DNA from: the human T2T-CHM13v2.0 reference genome, Homo sapiens
Direction: 5' to 3' (one strand)
Length of the DNA stretch: 64,000 bases
NCBI RefSeq assembly: GCF_009914755.1
Contig: NC_060940.1
A program made the translations under genes and the position numbers. Each line of letters begins with the position of its first letter. Position 1 is the stretch's first letter. A model generated the notes under the pieces. The model was not told where the DNA came from and made no database searches. It saw only the letters and a program-made list of their open reading frames with translations. Below are positions 13,724 through 28,781 of this stretch, in pieces.

Positions 13724-16700
13724 GGTGAAGTAAAATGGGTATCCTTGTCTCCTTCCAAATCTTACAGGAAAAGCTTCCAACTTTTCCTCGTGTAGTATAA
13801 TGTTGGCAGTAGGTTTGTCATATATATCCTTTACTATGTTGAGGTATATTCCTTCTGTACCTAAATTATTGAGAGTTTTTACGATGAAGGATGCTGAATT
13901 TTATCACATCCTCTTTCGATATTTATTGAGATGACCAAAGAGTTTTTGTCTTTCATTTTGTTAATGTGGTGTATCACATTTATTGAATTGTATAGTTTAG
14001 CCATCCTTATATTCCTGGGATAAATTCACTTTGAACATGGTAAATGCTCTTTCTAATGTGCTGCTGAATTCAGTTTGTGAGTATTTAGCTCAGGACTTCT
14101 GCATCTCAACTAACCTGACATATTAAACTGTACTATTCTTTTTCTGTTGCATCCTTGTCTTGTTTTGGTATCAGGGTAATGGTGACCTTGTATAATGAGT
14201 ATGCAAGAATTTCCACCTCCTAAATTTTCTGAAATACCTTAAGAATTGATATTAGTTCTTTATTTAATGTTTTATAGAATTCAGTACTGAAGCTACTGGG
14301 TCCTGGGCTTTTCTTTAATGGGGGACATTTTATTCAGGATTAAATCTCATTACTTCTAATTGGTCTGTTCAGGTATTCTGTTTCTTCTTGGTTCAATCTT
14401 GGTGGATTGTATGTGTACATGAATTCATCCATTTACACTAGATTTTCTAATTTGTTGGCATATAGTTGTTTGTAATAGTCTCTAATGGTCCTTGTATTTC
14501 TGTGATATCAATTTTAATGTCTCCCTTTCCTTTTTGATTTTATTTATTGGGGCCTTTCCTCTTTTTTTTATCTAGATGAGTCTAGCTATTGGTAAATTTA
14601 TGTTAATCTTTTCAAAAATCAACTTTTGCTTCATTCATCCTGTTGTTTTGTAGTCTCAATTAGTAAAATTTCTGCTCTGATCTTTATTGTTTCATTCCTC
14701 CAACTAACTTGGGGTATAGTTTCTTCATGATTTTCTATTTTTGACATGCATTGTTAGGTGGTTTATTTAAAATCTTTCTAGTTTTTTAATGTTGGTGTTT
14801 ATATCAGCTTTTGCTGTATCCCACAGGTTTCGGTATGCTGTTTTCCTATCTTCATTTGCTTCAAAACCCATTTAAGATACCTTCTTCATCTCTTCATTGA
14901 CCCATTGGTCATTCAGAAGCATACTGTTTAATTTCCATATATTTGCACAATTTCAAAAGTTTCTTTGGTTACAGATTTCTAGTTTTGTTGCATTGTGGTG
15001 AGAAAAGATATTTAATATAATTTTAATTTAAAAAAATTTGTTGAGACTTGTTTTGTGGTCTGCCATGTGGTCTTACCCTGGAGAGTGCTGATGGAAAGAA
15101 TGTGCCTTCTCTAGCTGTTGGATAAAATGTTCTGTAAATGTCTGTTAGGTCCATGTGGTCTAAAGGACAATCTGAAAGCAATGTTTTTGTTGGTTTTATG
15201 TCCAGATGATCTATCTAATGCTGAGAGTGGTTACTGACGTCTCCATCTATTATTGTATTGAAGTCTACCTTTCCCTTTAGATCTAAGAATATTTGCTTTA
15301 TATATCGCAGTGCTCTGGTATTGAGTGTATTTACATTTAGAATTATTATATCCTGTTGCTGGATCAGTTCCTCAATCATTATATAATAATTACTTTGTCT
15401 GTTTTTAGAGTTTTTAAAAAGTCTGTTTTTTATAAATAAATGTAGCGATACCAGCTCAATTGGCTTCTGTTTGTGTGGAACATCTTTTACCGTCTCTTCA
15501 CTTGCAGTCTATATGTGTATTTACAGGTAAAGTGAGTATCTTGTAGTAGGTATAGATGGGCCATATTTGTTTTTAAATCCATTCAGTCAGTCTGTATCTT
15601 TTAAGTGGGAAATTTAATGCAGGTACATTCAAGGTTATTACTGATAGGTGAAGACTTACTCCTGTCACTTGGCTGAATGTTTTCTGTTTTTTCTCTATAT
15701 ACTTTGTTTCTTTATTCCAATCTTGTTTATTAATGTGGTTTCACAGTTTTTTGCAGCGACAAGGTTTAATTCTTGTCTCTGTTTTCTTTTAATATCTGTT
15801 CTATTATCTTTCTCATGTTTTCATGATGGTGAATATTGTCCTGTGGCTGCTAGATCTCGGACTACCTTGACTATTTCTTGTAAGGCTGATCTAGCAGTTA
15901 TAAATTCTCTCAGATTTTTTTCTAGGAAAGACATTATTTCTCTCTCTCTCTGCTGAACTACAGCTTTGGTGGTTATAGTATTCTTTGGTTTTTACAGTTA
16001 CAGTATTCTCGGTCGTATCATGTAAAACAATTATTTTTTCTTTCAGCACTTTGAATACATCATCCCACTCATTCATAGCCTGTAAGGTTTCTGCAAGAAA
16101 TCTGTTATTCTAATTGGGATTCCTTTGTATGTGACTTGACTGTTTTGCTGTTCTTTTTTGCTTTTTCTCCTCATTCTCTTGCTGTTTTTAAATTTTTTTC
16201 CTGTCTCTGCCATTTGACCATTTAATTGCAATATGCCTTGGGGAGGACCATTTGCAGTTGATTCTCTTTGGAGACCTTTGAGATTCCTGAATTGAAACGT
16301 CCATCTCTCTCCACCGACATGGAAAGTGTTCATCTACTATTTCATTAACCAGATTTTCTATGTAATTTTCCTTCTCTTCACCTTCTGGAATTCCCATAAG
16401 ATTACTATTTGTGTGCCTATTGATGTAACTTAAGTTTTGTAGGATTTCTCTCACTCTTTTGCATTCTTATTTCTTTTTATCTCTGTCTGGGTAATTTGAA
16501 ATGACAGATCTACATATTTAAAGGTTCTTTCTTAAGTCTGATGAAGTCTGCTACTGCAGCTGTCTATTTTATTTTTTATTTCATTCATTGAGTAATTAAG
16601 CTGCAGGATTTCTGTGTGGTTTTTATTTTTTTATTATGATTTATACCCCTTTGTGAATTTCTTATCTAAGTCTCGTATTGTTTTTATGAGACTGTTGAAT

Positions 16701-16806
16701 TGTCTACATGTATTTTCTTTTGTCACACTGAGTTTCCGTAATATCATTATTTTGAATTCCTTTTCTGGTAACTGTTGATTTCTTTTACACTGGGATACAT
16801 TATTAG

Positions 16807-17136
<330 letters not shown>

Positions 17137-17493
17137 TTTCCTTGCTTTTTAATGTGTTTTTCTGTGTCCCTATATTGATGTCTCTGTATTCGATGAAATA
17201 ATCAGTGATTCCAAATTTCCTAGTGTGCCTGTTCTAGAAAAAGACTTTAGAGTTTCATTTTATTGTGCCAGTTGGGAATAGTGTGGTGATTTTGCTTATG
17301 GATGAGTGTAGTAATATAGGCTCTGTGCAGACTTTTCTCCCTTTTATTTACTCATGAATACTCAAGGCTACAAGTGCAGTTTTTTTTATGTTGCACAGTG
17401 GTAAAGTCTGGGACATTAGTGTAATGATCACTTGAATAGTGTACATTGAACCCATTAAGTAACTTCTTATCCCTCAACCCCCCTCACCCTCCT

Positions 17494-17849
17494 TCCCTTC
17501 CAAGTCTTCAGTGACTATTATTTTACAATCTATGTCCATTCTGCACACTAGAAACTTGACTTTGTTTCTGAATTGTTTAAATTAAGATAATGGCCTCCAA
17601 TTCCATCCTTGCTGGTGAAAAAGACATGACTTCATTCTTTTTTATGGTTGAGTAGTATTCCATGCTCTCTCTCCCTTCCAAGTCTTCAGTGACTATTATT
17701 TTACAATCTATGTCCATTCTGCACATTAGAAACTTGACTTTGTTTCTGAATTGTTTAAATTAAGATAATGGCCTCCAATTCCATCCTTGTTGGTGAAAAA
17801 GACATGACTTCATTCTTTTTTATGGTTGAGTAGTATTCCATGCTCTCTC
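17494..17849 (+). repeat. 178-bp tandem duplication (2 copies, 2 mismatches)
   Basis: tcccttccaagtcttcagtgac...ccatgctctctc at 17494-17671 and 17672-17849. Confidence 0.95.
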
Positions 17850-18061
17850 TCTATATATATATGATATATATATCATATATACAAATACACATATACATAC
17901 ATATGTATGTGTATATATGTATATACATATGATATATATCATATACAAGCATGATATATAATATATATCATATACAAGCATGATATATAATATATATCAT
18001 ATACAAATGATATATATTATATATCATATATAAATATGATATATAAATGTGATATATATAT
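17850..18061. repeat. (TA)n-derived AT-rich low-complexity or minisatellite tract
   Basis: TATA runs with repeated tatatcatatacaagcatgatatataa units. Confidence 0.9.
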
Positions 18062-20730
18062 TTTCTGTATGCAGTCATCTGTTTATGAACTTAGGTTGAT
18101 TACATATCTTTGCTAGTATGAATACCGCTGCAATAAATATACAAGTGCTGGTATCGTTTTGGTATAATGATTTATTTTCTATTGAGTAGATATCCAGTAG
18201 TGGGATTGCTGCATCGAATGGTAGTTCTATTTTTAGTTCTTTGTGAAGTCTCCAAACTGATTTCTATACAGGTGTACTAATAAACATTCATACCAACAGC
18301 ATATAAGAGTTCCCTTAATTCTGTATCCTTGCCAAAATCTATTATTATAGAGTTTTTGGTAACAGCCATTCTGATTGGTGTAGGATGATGTCTCATTGTG
18401 GTTTAGATTTGCGTATCTCTGAGGGTTAGTAATGTACATTTTTTTATGTGCTTCTTGGCCATCTATATGTCTTCTTTTGAAAAATGTCTACTTGAGTCCT
18501 TTGCCCACTTTTAAATGGGGTTACTTGTATTTGTTTTTTTTGGTTGTTGTTGGATTGAGTTATTTATAAATTCTGAATATAAGTCCTTAATCATTAATCA
18601 GATCTGTAGTTTAAAAATATTTTCTCCCATTTTGCCAGCTGGTCTGTTCACCCTGTTGATTATTTCTTTTGCTGTGCAGAAGCTTTTTAGTTCAATTAAG
18701 TCCCATATGTCTATTTTTGTCATTGTTGATTATGCTTTTGAGGCCTTAGTCATGAATTAGCTGCCTGGTGGCCAGAAGAGTTTTCTTTCCAGGATTTCTT
18801 CCAGTATTTTTATTATTTCAGATCTTATATTTCAGTTCTTGATCCATGTTGAGGTAATTTTTAAATATGGTGAGATATAGGGGTCTAGTTTTCATTATTC
18901 TGTATATGGCTGTCCCATTTTCCCAGCAGCATTTACTGAAAAGATTGTCCTTAGTGATTGTTGTTTTTGTCTTAACAAAGATCAGTTAACTGTAGACTTT
19001 TGGCTTTATTTCTGGTTTCCACATTCTGTTTCATTGATCTATGTGTCTATTTTACTTAATACCAGTACTATGTTTTGGTTACTATAGCCTTGTATTATAA
19101 TTTGAGATAAGATAATATGATGACTCCAGGTTTGCTTTTGCTCAGGAGTGCTTTGGTCATTTGGGCTCTTCTTTTGTTCTATATAAATTTTAGGATGTTT
19201 TTTCTAATTCTGTGAAAACTGACATTGGCATTTTCATAGGAATTGCACTGAATCTGTATATTGCTTTGGGCATTATGGTCATTTTAATGACATTGATTCT
19301 CCTGCTCCAGGACCATGGGATGTTTTTCCATCTTTTTGTGCCATCTACAATTTCTTTCATCAAAGTTTTGTAGTTTTCCTTGTAGAGATCTTTCAACTTA
19401 TTAGTGAAATATATTCCTAAGTATTTTATTTTGTCTTTTGTAGTCAGTGTAAATGAAACTGCCTTCTTGATTTGTTTTTCAGCTTGATTTGTATTGGTGT
19501 ATAGAAATGCTACAGAGTTTTGTATGTTGATTTTGCATCTTGTAACTATACTAGATTTGTTTATCAAAACTAAGAGTTTTCTGGAGAGGTCTTGAGGATT
19601 TTTCTAGGTGTTAGACCATATCTTTAGTGAATACAGATAGTTTGACTTTCTCTTTTCCAATTTGCATGGTTTTCATATCTTTCTATTGTCTGATTTCTCT
19701 GGTTAGGACGTCCGGTATTATTTAGAATAGGAGTGGTGAAAGTGGGTATACATGTGTTGTTCCAGTTCTTCGGGGAAGAGCTTTCAATGTTTCCACATTC
19801 AGTATGATGTTGATTGTGGGTTTGTTGTATATGGATTTTATTATTTTGTGGCATGCTCACTATGCCTAGGTTTTGATGATTTTTATCATGAAGAGATGAA
19901 TTTCATCAAATGCTTTTTCTGCATTTACTGAGATGATCATACAGTTTTTAACACTGTTTATGTGGTGAATCACATTTATTAATTTGCATATGTTGAACCA
20001 TCTTTGCATCGCTGGAATAAATCTTGCTGTGCTGTTGGATTCAATTTGCTAGTATTATGTTGAGGATTTTTGCATGTATGTTCACCAGATTTTCTCTTTT
20101 TGTTGTGTACTTGTCTAACTTTGGTATCAGGGTGATAACAATTTCATATAATGAGTTAGGGAAGATTCCCTTCTCCTTGATTTTTTGGAACAGTTTCAGT
20201 AGAACTGGTACCAGTACTTCTTTGTACATTTAGGAGAATTTGATTGTCAGTCCACACGGTCATGCAGCTCTTTTGTTGTTGTTTTGGGGAGATGTTTTTA
20301 TACTGATTTAATCTCACCACTCATTATTGATCTGTTCAACATTTATATTTCTTCCTATCTTGAGAGGTTACGTTTCCAGGAATTTATCCATTTCCCCTAG
20401 GTTTTCTAGTTTGTGAGCATAGAGTTGTTCATAGTATTCTCTGATGATCTTTCATATTTATGTTCTATCAGTTGTAATGTCTTCTTTTTCATTTCTGATT
20501 GTATTTATCTGAATCTTCTGTTTCTTGGTTATTAGAGGGAGTGGTTTATCAATTTTGTTTACATTTTCAACAACCAACTTTTTGTTGTCTTGATTCTTTG
20601 TATTTCTTTGGTCTCAATTTTATTTAGTACTGCTTTAATTTTTATTATTTCTTTTCTTCTGCTAGCTTTGGGTTTGGTTTGTTCATATGTTTCTAGTTCC
20701 TTCAGGTTTGATGTTAGTTTGTTAATTACC

Positions 20731-21061
20731 TTTGTTTTGGGAGGCAGGGCCTCACTCTGTTGCCCAGGCTGAAGTGCAAGTGGCACAATCGTGACTTATT
20801 GCAGCCTGGACCTTCTGAGCTCAAGCGATCTTCCCACCTTAGCCTCCCAGGTAGCTGAGTCTACAGGCATGCATCACCATGTCCCGGCTAAGTTTTTATT
20901 TTATTTTATTTTATTTTATTTTATTTTATTTTTAAATTGTTCGTAGAGGTAGGTCTCGCTATGTTGGCCAGACTGGTCCTGAACTCCTTGGCTCAAGGGA
21001 TCCTCCTGCCTCAGCTGCCCAAAGACGCTGAGACTACAGAGATGAACCACCAAGTACAGCC
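20731..21061 (-). mobile_element. AluJ with central (TTTTA)n expansion
   Basis: Reverse Alu dimer; (tttta)n at ~20894-20932. Confidence 0.9.
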
Positions 21062-21116
21062 CTTTTTTTCTTTTTTTTTTAATGTAGGCATTTAACACTA
21101 TAAACTTCCCTCTTAG

Positions 21117-21560
<444 letters not shown>

Positions 21561-24500
21561 ATTTATATAGTTTTGAGAATTTCCGTTGGTATTGATTTCT
21601 AGTTTTATTCTGCTGTGATCTGAAAAGATACTTGACATGAGTTTGATTTTTAAAAATTTTTTGAGACTTGCTTTGTGGTAACATATGGTCTATTTTGGAG
21701 AATGTTCCATGTTCCGATGAGAAGAATTATATGGTTAGAATGTTCCACATGTGTCTATTAAATCCATTTGGTCTAGAGTCCAATTTAAGTCTAGTGTTTG
21801 TGGTTTTTCTGTCTCAGTGTTCTGTCAGTTGCTGTGAGTGGCATGTTGAAGTTCCCCACTATTATTGTATTATTGTCTATCTTTGTCTTTAGGTGTAGTA
21901 ATATTTGTTTTATGAATCTGGGTGCTCTGGTGCTGGGTGTATATATATTAGGATTGTTATATTCTCTTGTTGACTTGATTCCTTTCTCATTATAAAATGA
22001 CATTCTTTCTTTTTTACTGTTTTTGATTTAAAGTATGTTCTATCTGATATGAATATAGTTACTCCTGCTTGCTTTTGGTTTCCATTCATGTGAGGAAAAT
22101 CTTTTTCCAACTCCTTTACCCACAGTCTGTAAGTGTCTTTACCAGCTGAGAGGATTTCTTATAAGCAGCATGTAGATGGCTGATTTTTAAAAACCCATTC
22201 CATCAATTTATATCTTTTAAGTGGAATATTTATGTCATTTACATTCAAGGTTAATATTTTATACTTTCCCGCACTTTTATGGTGGTAAGTACTAACCCTT
22301 TGTTTCCATGTTTAGAATTCCTTTGAGTATTCCTTGTAGGTCCAGTCTATTTGTGACCACTTCCCTTGATGTTTGCTTTTGTGGCAAAGACTTTATTTCT
22401 ACTTCATTTATCAAGCTTACTCTACCAGGATATAAAATTCCTGATTGACAGTTTGCTTTTTTTTTTTTTTTTCTCTTTAAGAACTCAGAAAAAAGGCTCT
22501 CAATCCATTCTGGCTTGTTAAGTCTCACATTGAGAAGTCCACTGCTACTCTGATAAGGTTTCTCTTATAGGCAACTAGACATCAGATTTTTTCCTACATG
22601 TTGACTTTATACAGTTTGATGACTATATTTCTTGGTGAACTATGTCTTGCAATGCACTTTTCTGGTATTTGCTGGGCCTCTTATATTTGAATGTGTAAAT
22701 CTTTTGCAAGACTAGGGAAATTTTAACGTAGTATTTCCTTAAATAGGTTTTCCAGTCTTGTTACTTTTTCTTCTCTTTTGGAAATACCAAGGATTCATAA
22801 GTGTAATCATTACTATGTAGTACATATTGAAGTCTTTGTTCATTTTTTTCTTTTTTTCTGACTCTATTAATTTAAAAGATTTGTTTCAAGCAGTGAGATT
22901 CTCTGCTTTGCTTGCTCTAGTCTCTTGTTGAAGCTTTCAACTGTCTTGTTTAATTCCTTCAATAATTTTTTATTTTCTAGCAGTTCTGGCTTTTTTAGAA
23001 ATAATGATATCCATCTCGTTGGTACACTTGTCATTCATATTCAAAATTAATTTGTTGATTCATCAGTACTGGTTTTCAGATTTGTCTTTTTATTTCCATG
23101 AGATTCTTTACAATCAATAATTTAAATTGGTATTTTGATTATTTCTTTTTGGTTAGGATCTATTACCGGAGAATTACTGTTTCTTTGGGGATGCCATAAC
23201 CCTTTGCTATTAAATACTTCAGCATTATTACACTGATTTCTTTACATATGAGAAAACAGTTGCTTCTTCTTGCTTTTGAATTTACTTTCTTTGGGGGGAA
23301 ATTTTTTTTTTTCTCTTCAGGATGTGACTATGATGTTATGTAGGGCTGTTTCTCTTTGCTTCTGGGTATGTTCAGTAGCAAAGACTCTGTACAATATTAG
23401 TTAAAAATAGCTTTAATGTGGTGGCTTTATAAAATGGCAGTTGTAGTAGCTGTGTACTGGGTGGATGAAGAAGCCACTTCAGAATACTGAGAAGCCAGGG
23501 TGGCATGGGTGATGGTGGATGCAGAGGTCACATGAAGCCTGTCTCCTTCCTGAGTGCTGTGCATCTTTTTCAGCAGATTTGCCTTGTGTTTTGGAGGCTG
23601 ACCTGGTCAGTAGGTGGTACATGCCAGTTAGAGCAGGCTGCCATGATAGCAGTAGGGTTTATATGTGATCTTTGTTAACATCTGTAGAAGCGCTTTCAGT
23701 GTCCCAGGTGGTGGGTTGGGCCCTGGAGTGCTCAAGGGCTTGAGTCACCTTCTCTCTAGGATGGGGTGGTAAAGCTGAGTAAAGCCAGATTGGGGAACCC
23801 TGCACTCAGGCCCCCCATGGCAGATGTACACACCAGCCCTGAGAGGGGTGGTGGGGGAGTCCTCAGGCCCCTGGTGAAATCTGCTGAGGTCTCCGCTTGG
23901 GGAGTGAAGGGCGGTACCAGCACCATGGCTTTGACAGGCAGGAATGAGATCTGCTACCTTTACTCGCCTTTGTCTGACATTCAGAATATTCGGTTAGGTT
24001 AGACAATGCTGTTTCCTTTTAGGCTGCAATGCTGTTTACTTATAGGATGAAACTGTATCAGACTTTGTAGTGGCTGTGCATGTTGATATCCTGGCCAGTA
24101 GGCAGTGCGTGCAGGTGAGAGCCAGCTGCAGTGGTGGTGTTACAGTTAAGGCTTGACCTTTGTTAACTTGGTGATGTACTTGGGTTTCCCAGGCAATGGG
24201 TTGGGCCACGGAATTCTCAGCGGTCTCAGTCCTGTACTTTGCTTCCAAGGTGGGAAATGGGGAAAGCTGGTGGTGTTGGGTAGAGGAGAAAGCAGGGTGG
24301 GGCTGAGATGGGCAGGTCTATACCTGGTCCTCCTAATGGCCAGTACAAGTGCCAGCCCTGATGGGGGTTGGAGGACAGTTCTCAGGCCACTGGAGCAATA
24401 GTTCAGGGAGAAGTGGAGCAACTCTTTCTGTTCCAACTAACCAGCATGGGGAAAGTGGGGTGGCTCGGGTTCCATAGCCTAGCAGGTGGTAGTGAGACCT

Positions 24501-26202
24501 GCCTTGCTCTCATGCTCTCAACCTAGCGGGATACCATCCTACGGCCTGCCACTGGCATCGAGCTGAGGCAGCCAGCCAAATCACAAGCAGTTTGTCTTTG
24601 GACTGCAATATAACCCCAGGCCATAAAACTGTGGCTCCCAGGTGAAACCCCTCCCAGCCCAATTCCAGGATGGGGAGGTTCCCGAATCCCATAACCTTGG
24701 CTGGAGCCAATGCCACACTTGCTTATCAGTTCTGGCCTCGTTCCTGGGACTGTGCATAGTCTGCTAAAAGGTAGGATAAAGAGTGGTGTCTTATGGTTGC
24801 CACTTGTGTTTCAGAAAGGGCATGGGATGTTCTTTCCCTGGAGTAGTTCCTTCTCATAGTCTCCTGGCTACTCCCTAAGTTAGATTCAGGACTTGAGAGG
24901 GACATAGTACTCTCCTATGGTCTGGATTGTATGATTCCCCAGTGGGAAAGTGGACTGCAGAAAGAGTTTCATTCACCTTTTCCTGTAATGGGGAATCACT
25001 CCCAGTTCCTGGCCCACTCTGGTCAAATAGGCTTCCTGTTTTCCTTCTGCTTCCTATTTTTTTCTTGTTGCTTTTCTGTTGACTTCCTCATGTTCCTTCT
25101 TGGAAAATCTATTCTAACTGTAATTGTCTACATGCTATTTTGCTCTTTGAAGTATGAGGTGTGCTTGAAATGCTTCTAGTCAGCCATCCCTACCACTTGG
25201 TCACAACGGTGTGTTGGAGACCTCTGACATGAATGGCTGAGAGAAGGTCCAGTTCTTCACACCCCTGAGGGCAGCAGGTAAGGAAAGAAGGATAAGGTTC
25301 CTGGGCAAAGAAAGACCTGGAGGAACTGGAGACTATCCCACCTTTCCTAGAGTGACAGTTCTGAATTCCAGTGACTGTTACTTGGTGGTAAAATGATGTG
25401 TTTGGATAGCCATGGAGGCAAAAACTCACAGCTGAAGGGCTGCTGTCTATGCATCTCCAAGATTTTAACAATAAATTTGGCTTTAATGATTCTTATAATA
25501 TACCTTAAAATAGAAGGCAGATGGCTTAAAGAGTTTAATATAAAAAAGACATCTTGAAACACTTGATGGAATTCTGAATACAGAATGTTAGTGCTGGTAG
25601 CGAGTACCGAATTTCAGTTACTTATTTTCAGATTCTAGCATAATGCTCCTTTGTAAGTATAGACAAATTATTGGATAAATACACAGCACAGTAAAAAAGA
25701 TTATGCAATGAACTGGATCTACTTCTAATTGAGTGATCCACTCAATTCTACTACTAAGTGAGTGATCTTAGATAAATCACTTAAGTTCTCTGTGCCCTAA
25801 TTAATTCATAAATAAGTAGACTATATGATTTTATATTTCCTTTCAGCCCTAAAAGCCCAGGAGTATAATTTTTAAAAAGTATTGAAACACAGAAATCTAT
25901 GTGCCTTAATAAAAGTAAATAACATTCATGACTAGAGAGATTTACTAAAAGACAAATGAGAATAAAACACACAGATCAGTGAACAAAACAAGCACCATTA
26001 GGCAATCCTCCTTCCCATAGGAACAAAGAGTTCAAGATGATTCTTGGTGCAGATTTTCACTGAGAGACAATGGACTAAAAACTAGAGAAAATGTAAATTA
26101 ATGTATTATAATATAAAAAGGTCAAACCTGCAAGTGCCTTACTGAGTCTGTGTTGATTTACAGTAAACATGAATTCTATTTCAAAACTGGCAGTATTTCC
26201 AA

Positions 26203-26517
26203 TTTTTCTTTTTCTTTTCTTCTTCTTCTTCTTTTTTTTTTTTTGAGATGGCACTGTCGCCCAGGCTGGAGTGCAATGGCACGATTCAGCTCACTGTAAC
26301 CTCCGTCTTCCAGGTTCCAGCAATTCTCCTGCCTCAGCCTCCCGAGTAGGTGGGACTACAGGCGCCTGCCACCATGCCAGCTAATTTTTGCATTTTTAGT
26401 AGAGACAAGGGTTCACTATGTTGGCCAGGCTGGTCTTGAACTCCTGACCTCAAGTGATCCGTCCACCTCAGCCTCCCAAAGTACTGGGATTACAGGCGTG
26501 AGCCATCGTGCCCAGCT
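26203..26517 (-). mobile_element. AluSx-like
   Basis: Full dimer; TSD tatttccaatttttt. Confidence 0.95.
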
Positions 26518-27262
26518 ATTTCCAATTTTTTCTAGCTAAATATTTCATGACTGACAAATGACAATAATATAGGGAATGCCTGATTTGACAGAGAATCAAT
26601 TATAAAACGATTTCATCTATATCTGGTGCTTATTTCCAACAACCTATTCAAAAGTCCTACTTAAAATTTTGTTTAACAGGACTCATTTTATTGGTTGATC
26701 AAAATCAACCAGGTTTTTTGTTAGACTACAGCACTGGACAAACTCAAGACTTGGCCCACTAACTCACTTCATTAGGTATTTTCTCATGGATGCCAGATAC
26801 TGAAGAGGCAGCCAACCATATAGATGTGACCTTGTCTAGTTTCCCCAATGAGTCTTCAAAAAAAAAAATCTTTATGTTTCTGAGGTTTCTGATTATAAAA
26901 GCAATGCTATGGTGTGGTAAATTTGAAAAGAAGCACAAGAAAAAATAAGTACCTGCTACTAAAACAGAGAGGGAATTATTCTGGTTCTTTAAGACTCCTG
27001 CTCTCAAGGAACTTGTATTTGCTTTTTTTCTATTAACGGAAGGGTTACCAGTCACTTTTAATAGTCAAAATTTGTATTCATATTTAAAAGACTAGAGAAA
27101 TTTGTCTTTTAAAATAAGTCATAAGCACTGCTCCCAAATACTTCAGTTAAAAGAAGTCCTGCTGAGGAAAAGACCTCTTCTTTAGGTATGACATTTTTGG
27201 TATTTTTTTTTTTTTAGCAATGTTAATGACTAATACATAGTATATTTAAATGATTATACTAT

Positions 27263-27366
27263 TGAGAGGTGACAGCGTGCTGGCAGTCCTCACAGCCCTC
27301 GCTTGCTCTCAGCACCTCCTCTGCCTGGGCTCCCACTTTGGCCGTACTTGAGGAGCCCTTCAGCCC
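27263..27366 (+). mobile_element. LTR12C (HERV9) 5'-terminal ~104-bp fragment
   Basis: TGAGAGGTGACAGCGTGCTGGCAGTCCTCACAGCCCTCGC...GAGGAGCCCTTCAGCCC is the LTR12C start; a GC-rich island in AT-rich flanks. Confidence 0.9.
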
Positions 27367-27811
27367 TATGTCCAAGATCTTAATGCTGCAATCACTAGAC
27401 ACAGACAATTTAAACGTTGTAAAAACTTACTTTGTGGGATTAAAAAGCTGTTACCAAGAAATTAAAGATAAATAAAGCCTAATTTAATGGAACACCCCAT
27501 ACTTTCCTCTCTCATTTACACTCTTATTTTGACAACTTCTCCGTAATGCACCAGAAGTATATGCTTCATTTCACAGATGCAGAAATTATGACACTAAGCC
27601 AGGCCTTTAAAGCAAATCTTTTTATATCAAGTCTAATTCTCATGCCACTGTGCCACATCGCCTTGTTACCTGACTTACATTTGCTATGTTTGCACATTGG
27701 TATGAAGAAAACACTTAGATCAATCTGAACTAAACTTCTTCTCTGCAAAAACAGAGACGGGGTCTTGATATTTAGATTTAGTGACAAATATGTGAAGAAA
27801 AATAGACGATA

Positions 27812-28229
<418 letters not shown>

Positions 28230-28339
28230 CTACCAAAGACTTATTATGAGCTTTAAAAACTCACATACACAACATTGAAAACAGTTACCCAATATAGCAC
28301 TTAATCTATCAGCCTTAGGGGGAAAAGGTTGCAAAGTGA

Positions 28340-28405
28340 GGATCCGGAAAGATTTGGACATTTTAAGTTACTTCCGGAAATCTACAGAAATACACTTCCT
28401 GCTGA
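28340..28405. promoter_or_regulatory. Candidate ETS-site cluster
   Basis: CCGGAAA at 28344, ACTTCCGGAAAT at 28370-28381, ACTTCCTG at 28394, with CpGs retained. Motif evidence only. Confidence 0.3.
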
Positions 28406-28439
28406 AACCTTTTAATCCTCCCTTTTAGTGTTAGCCATT

Positions 28440-28781
<342 letters not shown>

